Below are positions 42,215 to 57,739 of a stretch of 64,000 nucleotides of DNA, one piece after another (position 1 is the first letter of the stretch; every line of letters starts with the position of its first letter). A program made the translations under genes and the position numbers. The DNA is taken from the NCBI GenBank assembly GCA_964016885.1, contig OZ024741.1, forward strand, positions 350,982,001 to 351,046,000, read 5' to 3'. The notes beneath the pieces were generated by a model. That model searched no databases, was not told the origin of the DNA, and saw only the letters and a list, made by a program, of their open reading frames with translations. The DNA is from Eledone cirrhosa. Taxonomy: Eukaryota.

Positions 42215-42382
42215 ACATACATATATATATATACATACATATATATATATATACATACATATATATATACATACATACATATATATATACATACATACAT
42301 ATATATATACATACATATATATATATACATATATATACATACATATATATATAAATACATATATATATACATACATATATAT

Positions 42383-44546
42383 AAAAATAGCCAAACCACC
42401 CTTGCTAAAAATTACCGCCCAATTGCCTGCCAAAACATCATGTATAAATTATATACTGGGTGCCTTAACCTGTTCTTACAGGATCACTGTGCTACCAACA
42501 ACATCATAACACCTGAGCAAGCTGGTGGAAAGAGGGAGGTGTGGGGTTGCATAGATCACCTACTAACTAACAAAATGATTCAGGAAAAAACAACAAAGAA
42601 TCGCAGAAACATGACTGTCGTGTGGCTGGACTATCAAAAAGCATTTGATAGTGTACCTCATGGGTGGATTGTTAAGGCTTTACAGTTAGCTAAAGTCCCA
42701 CAACCATTGGTAGCTGCTGTTGAATGCCTGACCAAGAACTGGTACACCAGTTTGATCCTTAGAGGTGAGAAGGAGCAGGTTAAGACTGATAAGATACATT
42801 ACCAGAAGGGCATCTTTCAGGGTGATAGCTTGTCAGTGCTACTCTTCGTTCTCTCACTGAATCCACTATCTTACCTACTCAGGAAACAAGGTCGACAAAG
42901 AAGTGGGACCAGAAGTATCTCCCATCTTTTCTTTGTTGATGACCTGAAGTTGTATGGGCCAAATATCAATGACATCAAGAAACAATTGGACCTCATTACA
43001 CAATTTTCAACCGACATTAAAATGAAATTTGGTGAGTCCAAGTGTGCATATTTGGCAGTAAAACGTGGAAGAGCTGTGCCCTCCTCTAGAAATCTAGAGA
43101 TGAACGGCCTGACAATACAACCTCTGCAGTCAGGTGACAACTACAGATATCTTGGACAGGATGAGAATGTCAGATATGATGGACCCATAAATAAGGAGAG
43201 AACCAGAACTGAATACCTCAGAAGAGTAAAGAAAATATGGTCATCAGAACTGTCAGCATACAACAAATACATTGCCCACAATACTTATGCTGTGCCAATT
43301 CTAACGCCAACATTTGGCCTGCTGAACTGGTCATTGCAAGAACTAAGTGAGATGGATGTTAGAACTCGAAAACTTCTCAGTGTTACTGGCAACTTTAACA
43401 TCAATGGTGATGTGGATAGGCTATACTTCTCACGTAAGGAAGGTGGCCGGGGTCTAAAATCAATATTAACAACATATGAGACCCGGATAGTGACACTGAA
43501 GCAACACCTTCAACAGAGGAAAAAGGTTGGCAACCATCTTGCCCAGGTTTATGACCATGAAAAAAAGAAATATCATTAGAATAGCGACTGATCTGGAGGA
43601 GAGATATGGAATAAAGCCCGATATAAATCTCTCACCCAGAGAAATCAGAAGATCCTATTAAATGTTCAAACAAGAAAAAAAAATTGACCAATTTACAGAA
43701 AAAGTTGTGCATGGATACTTGAGGCGTAAAACACAGACCATAGAGGGGATAAACCACTCAAAAAGCCTGGCATGGAGTTCCGACAAGTTTATGACATCAC
43801 ACCTTGAGGGATATCTCTATGCAATACAGGAACAAGAACTCCCTACCAAATATCTGCTGCACAAAAGAGGAGGGCCAGCAGCTGACAATAAATGTAGGCT
43901 ATGTAAAACAAAGATCGAGGATGTAAGCCACATTGTTGCCAGCTGCGAAAGAATGTCATCTCGCTACTACCTCCCCATGAGACACGATGGGATAGCTAGA
44001 ACCATCTGGAACGCACTTCGGAAAACAAAATCAACAACAAATGAGGAAGAATATATTGAGACAGATGGCAGTAAGGAATACTGGTGGAACCTGAAAATAA
44101 AAACTGCCACCAAATTAAAGCACAACCGGCCTGATATTGTAGTTTGGGACCACACATTGAAAACGTGTTCTGTTGTGGAGATCAGCTGCCCACTTGATGT
44201 AAACGTTGTCAGAAAAATACAGGAGAAGGAGGACATCTACGGACCATTGATGAGGAGTTTACAAATCCAGTATCCAAGATACACCTTTAGCTTCATACCC
44301 ATCATTATTGGTGCTACGGGTTATATACCAACCCGCTTGGACCAAAGTATGACTGAACTTGGATTTGCAGACAAAAAGCGCAGCTCCCTAATTCATAGTC
44401 TACAAATGGCTGCGATAGCTGGCACCTTCAAAATTTGCAAAACATTCTTGCGATTCGAGGGATGACAATTTCTTTTCTTTTACAACCTTGCCACCAGGAA
44501 GGTGGCCGGTCAAAAAATATACTCAAAATTAAGAGAAAGAGAAAAC
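42383..44546 (+). mobile_element. Longer 5'-truncated copy of the same R4/Dong-like element (RT plus RLE); frameshift at about 43560 and stop at about 43659
   Basis: [42 protein letters not shown]; 3' end identical to the first copy. Confidence 0.92.
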
Positions 44547-44717
44547 ATATATATACATACATATATATATACATACATACATACATATATATATACATAC
44601 ATATATATATACATACATACATATATATATACATACATATATATATACATACATACATATATATATACATACATACATATATATATATATACATACATAT
44701 ATATATATATACATACA

Positions 44718-44751
<34 letters not shown>

Positions 44752-44912
44752 CATACATACATATATACATACATACATATATATATACATACATATATAT
44801 ATATATATACATACATATATATATATACATATAAACATATATATATATACATATAAACATATATATATATACATACATATATACATATATATATATACAT
44901 ACATATATACAT

Positions 44913-45146
44913 ATAACTTTGAATAACTTTGAAATGTTTTGACCAGTATTGGCCCAGGCCATGTCTAACTTAATAGCACCACCTGGCGAAGTCTTTCAAT
45001 TCAGGATTTGGGCACCATGGCCCATTCGAGAAGAGAATTACTGTTTGCGGAGACATATCCGGGTGTGGGTGGTTTGTCCGGGATTACTTGGAGGAATTTG
45101 TCCAAAGACTTCTTGAATTTTGTGTGGTCAGTTTCTGTTTTGACGT
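44913..45146 (-). mobile_element. Short 3' fragment of a CR1/Jockey-group LINE with (TTCAAAGTTA)2 tail
   Basis: [30 protein letters not shown]-terminal motif; flanked by TA arrays. Confidence 0.7.
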
Positions 45147-45666
45147 ATACATACATATATACATATATATATATACATACATATATACATATATATATAT
45201 ATACATATATACATATATACATATATACATATATATATATATACATATATACATATATACATATATACATACATACATACATATATATATATATACATAC
45301 ATATATATATACATACATACATATATATATACATACATACATATATATATACATACATACATACATATATATATACATACATACATACATATATATATAC
45401 ATACATACATATATATATACATACATACATATATATATACATATATATATACATACATACATACATATACATACATACATATATATATATATAAATACAT
45501 ACATATATATATAAATACATACATATATATATATATACATACATACATATATATATACATACATACATATATATGTACATACATATATATATATATACAT
45601 ACATACATACATATATATATACATACATACATACATATATAGATACATACATACATACATATATAT

Positions 45667-45697
<31 letters not shown>

Positions 45698-45868
45698 CAT
45701 ACATACATATATACATACATATATATATACATACATACATATATATATACATACATACATATATATATACATACATACATACATATATATATACATACAT
45801 ACATATATATATACATACATACATATATATATATACATACATACATATATATATACATACATATATAT

Positions 45869-45899
<31 letters not shown>

Positions 45900-45952
45900 C
45901 ATACATACATACATACATGCATGCATGCATGCATGCATACATACATACATAC

Positions 45953-46182
45953 ATGATGGCTGCCCCCTCGTTATCGAGTATGGCCATTGCACAAGAAAAA
46001 TAAAAAAAAAAAAAAATAAATAAATAAATAAAAAAATAATAATAATAATAATAATAAATAAATATAAAAAAAGAAAAAAAAAAGAAAAGATAAAAAGAAA
46101 TATATATATACATACATACATATATACATACACACATACATACACGTACACTCACACATATATACACACATACATTAATAAC

Positions 46183-46222
<40 letters not shown>

Positions 46223-46303
46223 GCAATAATAATAATAACGACAACAACAATAATAATATACATATTCATATATATATACACACACACACGCACGCACATA
46301 AGC

Positions 46304-46335
<32 letters not shown>

Positions 46336-49300
46336 GCGATAGCAAATAACAGTGCTGCGATCGAATGTGGCTTTTTAGCCCAGCCAATGATCTAAAATGT
46401 CTTGCACAGAGTCGGCAACCAAAACATTCACTGGGAATAGTCGGCTGTGGTTGGAGTTTGTGTACTTTTGCATGTCGCTTGAGCCCTCCTGCTGATTTAC
46501 ATTCTCTACCACATGTTTGGCAAGCATGATGAGTAGCATCTCCAACAGCAGCCTGGTAGTCAACCACTGGTCTTACTTTATGACTGCGAAGATGACTTTC
46601 GAGTCCAGCTTTGCTTAGGCAGAGTCTCGCACAGACGCTGCATGTCAGAACCATAGGAGGACCCTCGCCGTCTGGAAGTGCAACAGCAATGCCCTTCCTC
46701 ACGTCCCGCTTTACTTTCTCGTGTGCGATTCGAGATGCCTCAAAGGCAACTTTTCCCGCATATACAGTCTTTCTCCATTTATTACGATCAGCAGCAATAT
46801 CTTCCCATGTATCAGCAGAGATGTTAGCGTCTTTCAGAGAGGCTTTCAAGGAATCCTTATACCTCTTTTTTGGTTTATGTGGCGGTCGTTTTCCTTTAAC
46901 CAACTCTCCATAGAAGAGTTGTTTTGGTATTCTAGAATCCTTCATCCTGGCAAGGTGACCACTCCAACGGAGTCGTTGCTTAAGCACAAGAGCTTCTATA
47001 CTGTCACACATAGAGCTTTCCAAAATCTCGACATCACTGATGTGGTCCCTCCAGTGAACGCCATGGATCCGTCTGAGACACATCTGATGGAAACGCTCCA
47101 ATTGCTTAAGGTGGCGTCGATATGTGACCCAGGTCTCGCAGGCATAAAGAAGACAAGAGAGTACACATGCCCTGTACACCTTTACCTTTGTCCTCCTGCA
47201 TATGTCTCGCCGACCCCAGAGTCGCCTTTCTAGCTTTCCGAAAGCATCACTTGCTTTCCTAATCCTAAGTGAGATTTCACCGTCAAGGTTGCCGTATCGA
47301 TTGACGGTGCTTCCCAGGTAGACAAACTGATCAACCACTCCAAGTCGTTTGCCATACACATAGATGTTTGGTTCAGTGTACTGCTTACTAGGGGCAGGTT
47401 GGTACATGACGACGGTTTTCTTGAGACTGACAGTCAAACCCAGGGCAGTGCAAGCGTCAGAAAATACATTCAAAATGTGCTGCATATCACTCTCTATATG
47501 TGCTACAAAATCGCAATCATCTGCATACAAGAGGTCTCTTATGACTGATGTAAATACTTTTGTCTTCGCAGCAAAGCGCCTGATGTTAAATATGCTGCCT
47601 GAGGTTCGATATCGGATGTAAACACCATGCTCGCAATTCCTGAATGCAATACAGAAAACCATTGCAAAGTATATGGCAAACAGGGTCGGTGCTGGAATAT
47701 CCCCCTGTTTCACTCCATTTTTTACTGAGATAGGCTCCGACATTAACCCAAGCCTTCATGTCGTCATGGAAAGACCTAACTAAAGCAAGGAACTTATCAG
47801 GGCAACCAAGTTTCTGGAGAACCTTCCATAATGCATCTCTGTTGACAGTATCGAAAGCCTTTGTCAGATCGACAAAAACCTGATACAGATCCAAGCCTTG
47901 TTCAATGCACTTCTCCTGGAGCTGTCTAGCTGAGAAGATCATATCAGTAGTGCCGCGTCCAGCACGAAAACCAGATTGACTTTCAGGAAGGACACAATCT
48001 GCAATGTGTGTCAGCAGACGGTCCAGAAGCACCCTACATAAAACTTTCCCTACGACAGAAAGCAATGATATACCTCTGTAATTCCCACAATCATTCCTGT
48101 TACCCTTTCCCTTGTACAAGACCACCATTACTGCATCTCTCCAGTCCTCAGGCACGGATTCATTAGCCCATATCCTTCCAAACAAAGAGTGAAGATGTTG
48201 CAGGAGTCTCTCACCACCATATTGTAGGAGCTCAGCATGTATGCCATCCATACCTGGAGATCTTCCACTGTTCAGCTTCGAAATAGCCACTGCAACCTCC
48301 ACAAGCGTCGGAGGTTCTGCGAGAGCTACTTTCACAGGACTTTCCGGAATGAGATTGAGGAAATCTTCACTGACGACAGACGGCTGATTCAAAAGATCAT
48401 CAAAGTGCTCTCGCCACCTTCGTAGAATTCCCTGTGAGTCACGAAGAAGTTCTTTGCCATCCTTGCTGCGAATCGGTGTCACCAGAGAAGAAGACGGTCC
48501 ATAAACCTCATGCAAGAGACTGTACAACAGCTTTGTGTTATTGCAATCAGACACAGTTTGTATCTCACCAGCCTTCTCACTCCACCACTGATCCTTCATC
48601 TGAGAAAGACTCCGCCTAACACGTGATTTTACATCCCTGAGCTCCTCATGCAACGTATTCCTCTCCTGTGGTTTTGCCGTCAAGTAGCGTGACAGGGCAC
48701 GCCTCTTATCAGCCAACAAGTCTTCTATATGTACATCATTCTCATTAAACCAGTCCTGATGTTTTCTCTGCACCAATCCCAGAACACGTCTGCCTACATC
48801 ATAAACCGACTTTTTAAGGGTCGGCCAATCCTCACCAAGATCTGCAGCCTGCATCTCTTCTTCCAATGTCCTCTTCACATTTTTATCCTTAAGACGAGCA
48901 GCATTCAATCTTTTGGGCAGGGTAACACCAGGAGCCCGGATTTTACGTTTGGTGATTAGATTCACTTTTGCGCGTACCAGGCGGTGGTCCGTCCAGCACT
49001 CAGCTCCACGAAGAACACGAACACACCGCACATCCTGTCTGTCACGCATCCTGACTAGGACGTAGTCCAAAAGATGCCATTCCTTAGATGCAGGATGCAT
49101 CCATGTGGTCTTGAATTTGTTCTTTTGTTGGAACATGGTGTTGGTAACACACAGATCCAGCTCCTCACACATCTGCAGCAAGAGCATACCATTGCTGTTA
49201 CACTTTCCCACCCCATGCCTTCCGATTACATTCCATGTGTTAAAATCCCTACCCACTCTAGCATTAAAGTCACCAAGCACGATGACTTTGTCTGCCTGAG

Positions 49301-49911
49301 GGATATTTCTTAGAACACCTTTCAAGGCATGGTAAAAGGACAGTTTTTCTTCATCGACAGAATTCATAGTTGGAGCATACACACTCACCAGGGTAGCATA
49401 TCTTCCCTTGTCCAGCGGAACTCTCATGGACATAAGACGCTCACTAATCCCTACTGGGAATTCTTCTAATTTATTCACCAGTACAGTCTTAACAGCAAAT
49501 CCTACCCCCAGCCTCTCTTCTGGTTCCTTCATCTCTTCCTTTCCAGAAGAATGTATATTCTCCACAAAATTCCGTAAGATGACCATCTCCAGCTAACCTC
49601 GTCTCAGATAAAGCCACGATGTCAAGATCGTAACGTCGAAGCTCCTTTGCAACAAGAGCGGTCCTTCGTTCAGGACGCTCCAAAGAATCCCTGTCAAGCA
49701 GCGTCCGTACATTCCAGCAGCCAAGACTAAATGCCCTGTTTGGCTCTATTACAATGGCACGATGACGGGCGGGCCCAGGTTGTGATAACTTGGGGCCCCT
49801 GCCCTTATTGCCAATGATCTTTTTTGTTCCAGAACCCAAATTGGCAATTATCTCGTTTACATTGTTCTGGAACATCATTGAATTGGAAAAAAAAAAAGTA
49901 ATAATAATAGA

Positions 49912-49948
<37 letters not shown>

Positions 49949-50253
49949 GTACACTATTAATAATTATTAATGCACTCGTGCAATGCCTGTGCGTGACGAA
50001 TATTTTTAAAGTGAGGAAAGACTGTGCACTGAGCCAATCCCACTCTCTGAGCGACAGTAGCTATAACCCGAAAAGAAGAAAAGATCAACATCATCGGTAA
50101 CTACTGAGCCGCAGGTTTTATGTCGGAGTTAACCCAGTTTCCTGAGATGCCTTCTCCTAGAAGAATGTCCTGACAAGTGTTAGGGGTTCTTCACTCCCAG
50201 TGGTTTAACTGCGCGATCGGGCATCCAGCCCGATTATTTCTATGACCCCGCGC
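45953..50253 (-). mobile_element. Near full-length RTE-B (BovB-like) LINE: 5'UTR, APE-RT ORF with two frameshifts, three C2H2 fingers, microsatellite-rich 3'UTR and terminal hairpin
   Basis: WNVRTLLD...RPERRTALVAKEL, GDFNARVG, DYVLV, TDH, FVDLTKAFD, GVKQG, LLYADD; extra G at about 49508 and a small deletion at about 47740. Confidence 0.95.
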
Positions 50254-50762
50254 ATACATACATACATATATATATACATACATACATATATATATATACA
50301 TATATATATATACATACATACATAAATATATATACATATATATATATACATACATACATAAATATATATATATATATACATACATATATATATATACATA
50401 CATACATATATACATATATATATATATACATACATACATATATATACATATACATACATACATATATATACATATACATACATACATATATATACATATA
50501 CATACATACATATATATACATATACATACATACATATATATACATATACATACATACATATATATATATACATACATACATATATATACATATACATATA
50601 TATACATATACATATATATACATACATACATATATATATATACATACATACATACATACATATATATACATATACATACATACATATATATATATACATA
50701 CATACATATATATATATACATACATACATATATATACATATATATATATATACATACATATA

Positions 50763-51569
50763 TAGTAATAGTAACATACGTGAACGGCAAAGCATAAGCG
50801 AACTAAGGAAAAAATTAGAAATAAGAGGGATCAGATGTTGTTTACTCGAGAGAAGGCTACGTTGGTATGGTCACGTGATGCGCATGAAAGACGACAGCTG
50901 TATAACAAAGTGTAGGGCAATAAAGATAGACGGTAGCTACGGAGTAGGCAGACCCAGAAAAATCTGGGACGAGCTGATAAATTCCGACCTCACACACTTA
51001 CACCTCTCCAAGACAATGTCACTGGACCGAGACCTTTGGCGGTACTCAGTAATAGAGAAGACCCGCCTTACCTAAATACAAAGTAAAACCTACTACAGTC
51101 AGTAGGCATCTCTAACAAAATACACCCCGTCCCACCACCCCCACCCCATCCACACCGCCCCTTTCAATGTAAAGTTATGTTGGTGCCACAACATCCAGGC
51201 CGAAACAAATGAGATCGTGTAGGTGTCAAGACAAAAAACACACAGTCCACGCTGTAATGTGGCCGTGTAGGCACCACAGTAAAAACCTGCCAGCCCCACA
51301 CTGTAAATGTGGTTGGTGTTAGGAAGGGCATCCAGCTGTAGAAAACCCGCCAGACAGTCCACGCTGTAATGTGGCTGTGTAGGCAACACGGTAAAAACCT
51401 CCCAGCCCCACACTGTAAATGTGGTTGGTGTTAGGAAGGGCATCCAGCTGTAGAAAAGCCGCCAGACAGTCCTATGCGAGCAAGACAATCACTCTTGCCT
51501 CAAGTGGGAAAACCCCCGTCCAAACCCATGCAAGCGTGGAACACGGACGTTAAACGATGATGATGATGA
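50763..51569 (+). mobile_element. 5'-truncated RTE-A LINE 3' end
   Basis: Near-identical to the reverse complement of 32336-33140; (GAT)n tail. Confidence 0.94.
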
Positions 51570-51737
51570 TATATATATATATATACACACATACATATAT
51601 ATACACACATACATATATATATACACATACATATATATATACACACATATATATATATACACATATATATATACACATATATATATATACACATATATAT
51701 ATACACATATATATATACACATATATATATATACATA

Positions 51738-51806
<69 letters not shown>

Positions 51807-51934
51807 ATATATATACATACATATATATACATATATATATACATATATATATATACATATATATATACATATATATATATACATATATATATACATATAT
51901 ATATACATATATATATATACATATATATATATAC

Positions 51935-51999
<65 letters not shown>

Positions 52000-52042
52000 C
52001 ATATATATATACATATATATATATATATACATATATATATAC

Positions 52043-52143
<101 letters not shown>

Positions 52144-52152
52144 CATACATAC

Positions 52153-52216
<64 letters not shown>

Positions 52217-52218
52217 AC

Positions 52219-52309
<91 letters not shown>

Positions 52310-52317
52310 CATACATA

Positions 52318-52349
<32 letters not shown>

Positions 52350-52436
52350 CATATATATATACATATATATATACATATATATATATATACATATATATAT
52401 ATACATATATATATACATATACATATATATATATAC

Positions 52437-52517
<81 letters not shown>

Positions 52518-52521
52518 CATA

Positions 52522-52569
<48 letters not shown>

Positions 52570-52578
52570 CATACATAC

Positions 52579-52670
<92 letters not shown>

Positions 52671-53416
52671 ATACATATATATATATACATATATACATAT
52701 ATATATATACATATATATATATACATATATATATATACATATATATATATACATATATACATATATATATATACATATATATATATATACATATATATAT
52801 ATACATATATATATATACATATATATATATACATATATATATATACATATATATATATACATATATATATATACATATGTATATATACATATATATATAT
52901 ATACATATATATATATACATATATATATATATACACATACATATATATATATACACATACATATATATATATATACACATATATATATATATACACATAC
53001 ATATATATATATACACATACATATATATATATATACACATACATATATATATATATACACATACATATATATATATACACATACATATATATATATATAC
53101 ACATACATATATATATATACACATACATATATATATATACACATACATATATATATATACACATACATATATATATATACACATACATATATATATATAC
53201 ACATACATATATATATATACACATACATATATATATATACACATACATATATACATACATACATATATATATATACATACATATATATATATACATACAT
53301 ATATATATATACATACATATATATAGATACATACATATATATACACACATATATATATATATACACACATATATATATATACATATATATACATATATAT
53401 ATATATATACACATAC

Positions 53417-53449
<33 letters not shown>

Positions 53450-53631
53450 CATACATATATATATATATACATATATACATACATATATATATATACATAC
53501 ATACATATATATATATACATACATACATATATATACATACATACATACATACATATACATACATATATATACATACATACATACATATACATACATACAT
53601 ACATATACATACATATATAAATATATATATA

Positions 53632-54426
53632 TATAAATTAATAAAATAATGAATAAACAAAGAAACAGTTCCTTATATTAAAAAAAATTCATCATTTTAC
53701 AATCGTTTCTAGGATATATATGTGTTAGAGTTGGTATGCATATTCTATAGATCTATGTACAATATTTATACAAACTATCAGAGGGAATATACATACCTAC
53801 ACATATATATGCTGTCTTCAGAAATAATGATATTTGTTTATTGAAAAAACAAAGATTCGATACAATAGGTCTGTTTGGGAACAGGTTTTGAATTGACCAA
53901 TAGAGAGATAGTGAGGGTCAAGGTAGTAATATAGTAGTAGAAGAACCTTAAGGTAGTAATATAGTAGTAGAAGAACCTTAAGGTTCTTCTACTACTATAT
54001 TACTACCTTGACCCTCACTATCTCTCTATTGGTCAATTCAAAACCTGTTCCCAAACAGACCTATTGTATTGAATCGTTGTTTTTTCAATAAACAAATATC
54101 ATTATTTCTGAAGACAGCATATATATGTGTAGGTATGTATATTCCCTCTGATAGTTTGTATAAATATTGTACATAGATCTATAGAATATGCATACCAACT
54201 CTAACACATATATATCCTAGAAACGATCGTAAAATGATGAATTTTTTTTAATATAAGGAACTGTTTCTTTGTTTATTCATTATCTTATTAATTTATCTTG
54301 ACTGTTTTCCGTTTATTTTTCACCGAAAGTAGTTTTTGAATGCATCTTCTCTTTTCATGATATCCGGATTACATTGAGTTCTTCATACGGATTGGACACT
54401 ACCGTAAACTTTTGGTAGATTTATCT

Positions 54427-54430
<4 letters not shown>
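53632..54430. mobile_element. Penelope-type LTR fragment arranged as a spacerless about 660-bp palindrome (centre aaccttaaggtt near 53980); duplicated at 55930-56728
   Basis: Arms 53632-53980 and 53981-54296 are reverse complements apart from a 30-bp tandem duplication and a few substitutions; each arm carries a hammerhead. Confidence 0.8.
54099..54240 (+). ncRNA. Type I hammerhead ribozyme with extended stem II; copies at 53689-53830(-), 56397-56538(+) and 55987-56128(-)
   Basis: Stem I tcattattt/aaatgatga; CTGAAGA; stem II atatatatgtgt/acacatatatat plus ggtatgtatattc/gaatatgcatacc; GAAA-C-GATC-G-TA. Confidence 0.75.
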
Positions 54431-54497
<67 letters not shown>

Positions 54498-55398
54498 CAT
54501 ATATATATATATACATACAAAAAAAAATACTGGTCCACCCTCCCACCCCCACACACACACGCGTACATTAACATACAAAGAGACTTATACACACACACAC
54601 ACACGCACTTCTCCGTATAAGACAAAAGCTGAAAAATATCTTTTGACATGCTAAAATACCCCCCATTATTTTCAGACACATTCTTACTGACCATCCCTGC
54701 TACCACGAATTACTCTGCTATATACACACACACACACACACTTATCTTAATAGCCATTTGACACACATCCCTGCTAACCATTGTCACAACATCGAACACC
54801 TTACTACTACTACACACACACACACACACACACACATATTTGTTGTGAAAGAGTCATTTCTCAATCTTGGCGCAAAACCAATTTTTTATTCACATGACCT
54901 CTACCGACCAATCAAAATTGTTTTGACCACAAGAATTTTTGCAAACACCAAGTAGCGCTGGAGCCACTTTTTTAACATAAAAACAGTCTTGGCGCAAAAT
55001 CAACTTTTTACATTCACATGACCTCTACCGACCAATCAAAATTATTTTGACCACAAGAATTTTTGCAACAACAAAGTAACGCTGGAGCCACTTTTTTAAC
55101 ATAAAAACAGGTAGAATTCCCAAAACTAATCAGATCAGAGCAAACAACACGGACACTCTATCTCAAAATTATTTTTGAAAAGCATTTAGAAATGCGCAAC
55201 CGGTAAAAACTTTAAAACTTAAAACCACAACTGAATACTAACCCATACAATCACTAATACTCTTTTATCCCTAATTAAACCATTTTTCAACTGTGAACAA
55301 TTTGTCAGCATTTTCTATTCCGTTTACCAATATATAATAACTTGTGTGTTACACCTCTATTCTTTTAACTATATACATACACATATATATATATATAT

Positions 55399-55439
<41 letters not shown>

Positions 55440-55714
55440 CATACATATATATATATATACATACATATATATATATATACATACATACATATATATATAC
55501 ATACATACATATATATATACATACATATATATATATACACATACATATATACATACATACATATATATATATACATACATATATATATATACATACATAT
55601 ATATATATACATACATATATATAGATACATACATATATATACACACATATATATATATATACACACATATATATATATACATATATATACATATATATAT
55701 ATATATACACATAC

Positions 55715-55747
<33 letters not shown>

Positions 55748-56724
55748 CATACATATATATATATATACATATATACATACATATATATATATACATACAT
55801 ACATATATATATATACATACATACATATATATACATACATACATACATACATATACATACATATATATACATACATACATACATATACATACATACATAC
55901 ATATACATACATATATAAATATATATATATATAAATTAATAAAATAATGAATAAACAAAGAAACAGTTCCTTATATTAAAAAAAATTCATCATTTTACAA
56001 TCGTTTCTAGGATATATATGTGTTAGAGTTGGTATGCATATTCTATAGATCTATGTACAATATTTATACAAACTATCAGAGGGAATATACATACCTACAC
56101 ATATATATGCTGTCTTCAGAAATAATGATATTTGTTTATTGAAAAAACAAAGATTCGATACAATAGGTCTGTTTGGGAACAGGTTTTGAATTGACCAATA
56201 GAGAGATAGTGAGGGTCAAGGTAGTAATATAGTAGTAGAAGAACCTTAAGGTAGTAATATAGTAGTAGAAGAACCTTAAGGTTCTTCTACTACTATATTA
56301 CTACCTTGACCCTCACTATCTCTCTATTGGTCAATTCAAAACCTGTTCCCAAACAGACCTATTGTATTGAATCGTTGTTTTTTCAATAAACAAATATCAT
56401 TATTTCTGAAGACAGCATATATATGTGTAGGTATGTATATTCCCTCTGATAGTTTGTATAAATATTGTACATAGATCTATAGAATATGCATACCAACTCT
56501 AACACATATATATCCTAGAAACGATCGTAAAATGATGAATTTTTTTTAATATAAGGAACTGTTTCTTTGTTTATTCATTATCTTATTAATTTATCTTGAC
56601 TGTTTTCCGTTTATTTTTCACCGAAAGTAGTTTTTGAATGCATCTTCTCTTTTCATGATATCCGGATTACATTGAGTTCTTCATACGGATTGGACACTAC
56701 CGTAAACTTTTGGTAGATTTATCT

Positions 56725-56795
<71 letters not shown>

Positions 56796-57696
56796 CATAT
56801 ATATATATATACATACAAAAAAAAATACTGGTCCACCCTCCCACCCCCACACACACACGCGTACATTAACATACAAAGAGACTTATACACACACACACAC
56901 ACGCACTTCTCCGTATAAGACAAAAGCTGAAAAATATCTTTTGACATGCTAAAATACCCCCCATTATTTTCAGACACATTCTTACTGACCATCCCTGCTA
57001 CCACGAATTACTCTGCTATATACACACACACACACACACTTATCTTAATAGCCATTTGACACACATCCCTGCTAACCATTGTCACAACATCGAACACCTT
57101 ACTACTACTACACACACACACACACACACACACATATTTGTTGTGAAAGAGTCATTTCTCAATCTTGGCGCAAAACCAATTTTTTATTCACATGACCTCT
57201 ACCGACCAATCAAAATTGTTTTGACCACAAGAATTTTTGCAAACACCAAGTAGCGCTGGAGCCACTTTTTTAACATAAAAACAGTCTTGGCGCAAAATCA
57301 ACTTTTTACATTCACATGACCTCTACCGACCAATCAAAATTATTTTGACCACAAGAATTTTTGCAACAACAAAGTAACGCTGGAGCCACTTTTTTAACAT
57401 AAAAACAGGTAGAATTCCCAAAACTAATCAGATCAGAGCAAACAACACGGACACTCTATCTCAAAATTATTTTTGAAAAGCATTTAGAAATGCGCAACCG
57501 GTAAAAACTTTAAAACTTAAAACCACAACTGAATACTAACCCATACAATCACTAATACTCTTTTATCCCTAATTAAACCATTTTTCAACTGTGAACAATT
57601 TGTCAGCATTTTCTATTCCGTTTACCAATATATAATAACTTGTGTGTTACACCTCTATTCTTTTAACTATATACATACACATATATATATATATAT

Positions 57697-57739
<43 letters not shown>

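Noticed and set aside
55237-55246. ATGG|gttagt on the minus strand as candidate phase-1 start exon of SLC15 (also at +2298)
   Set aside because: Phase fits exon a, but a 10-nt match is expected by chance over 40 kb; no transcript evidence.
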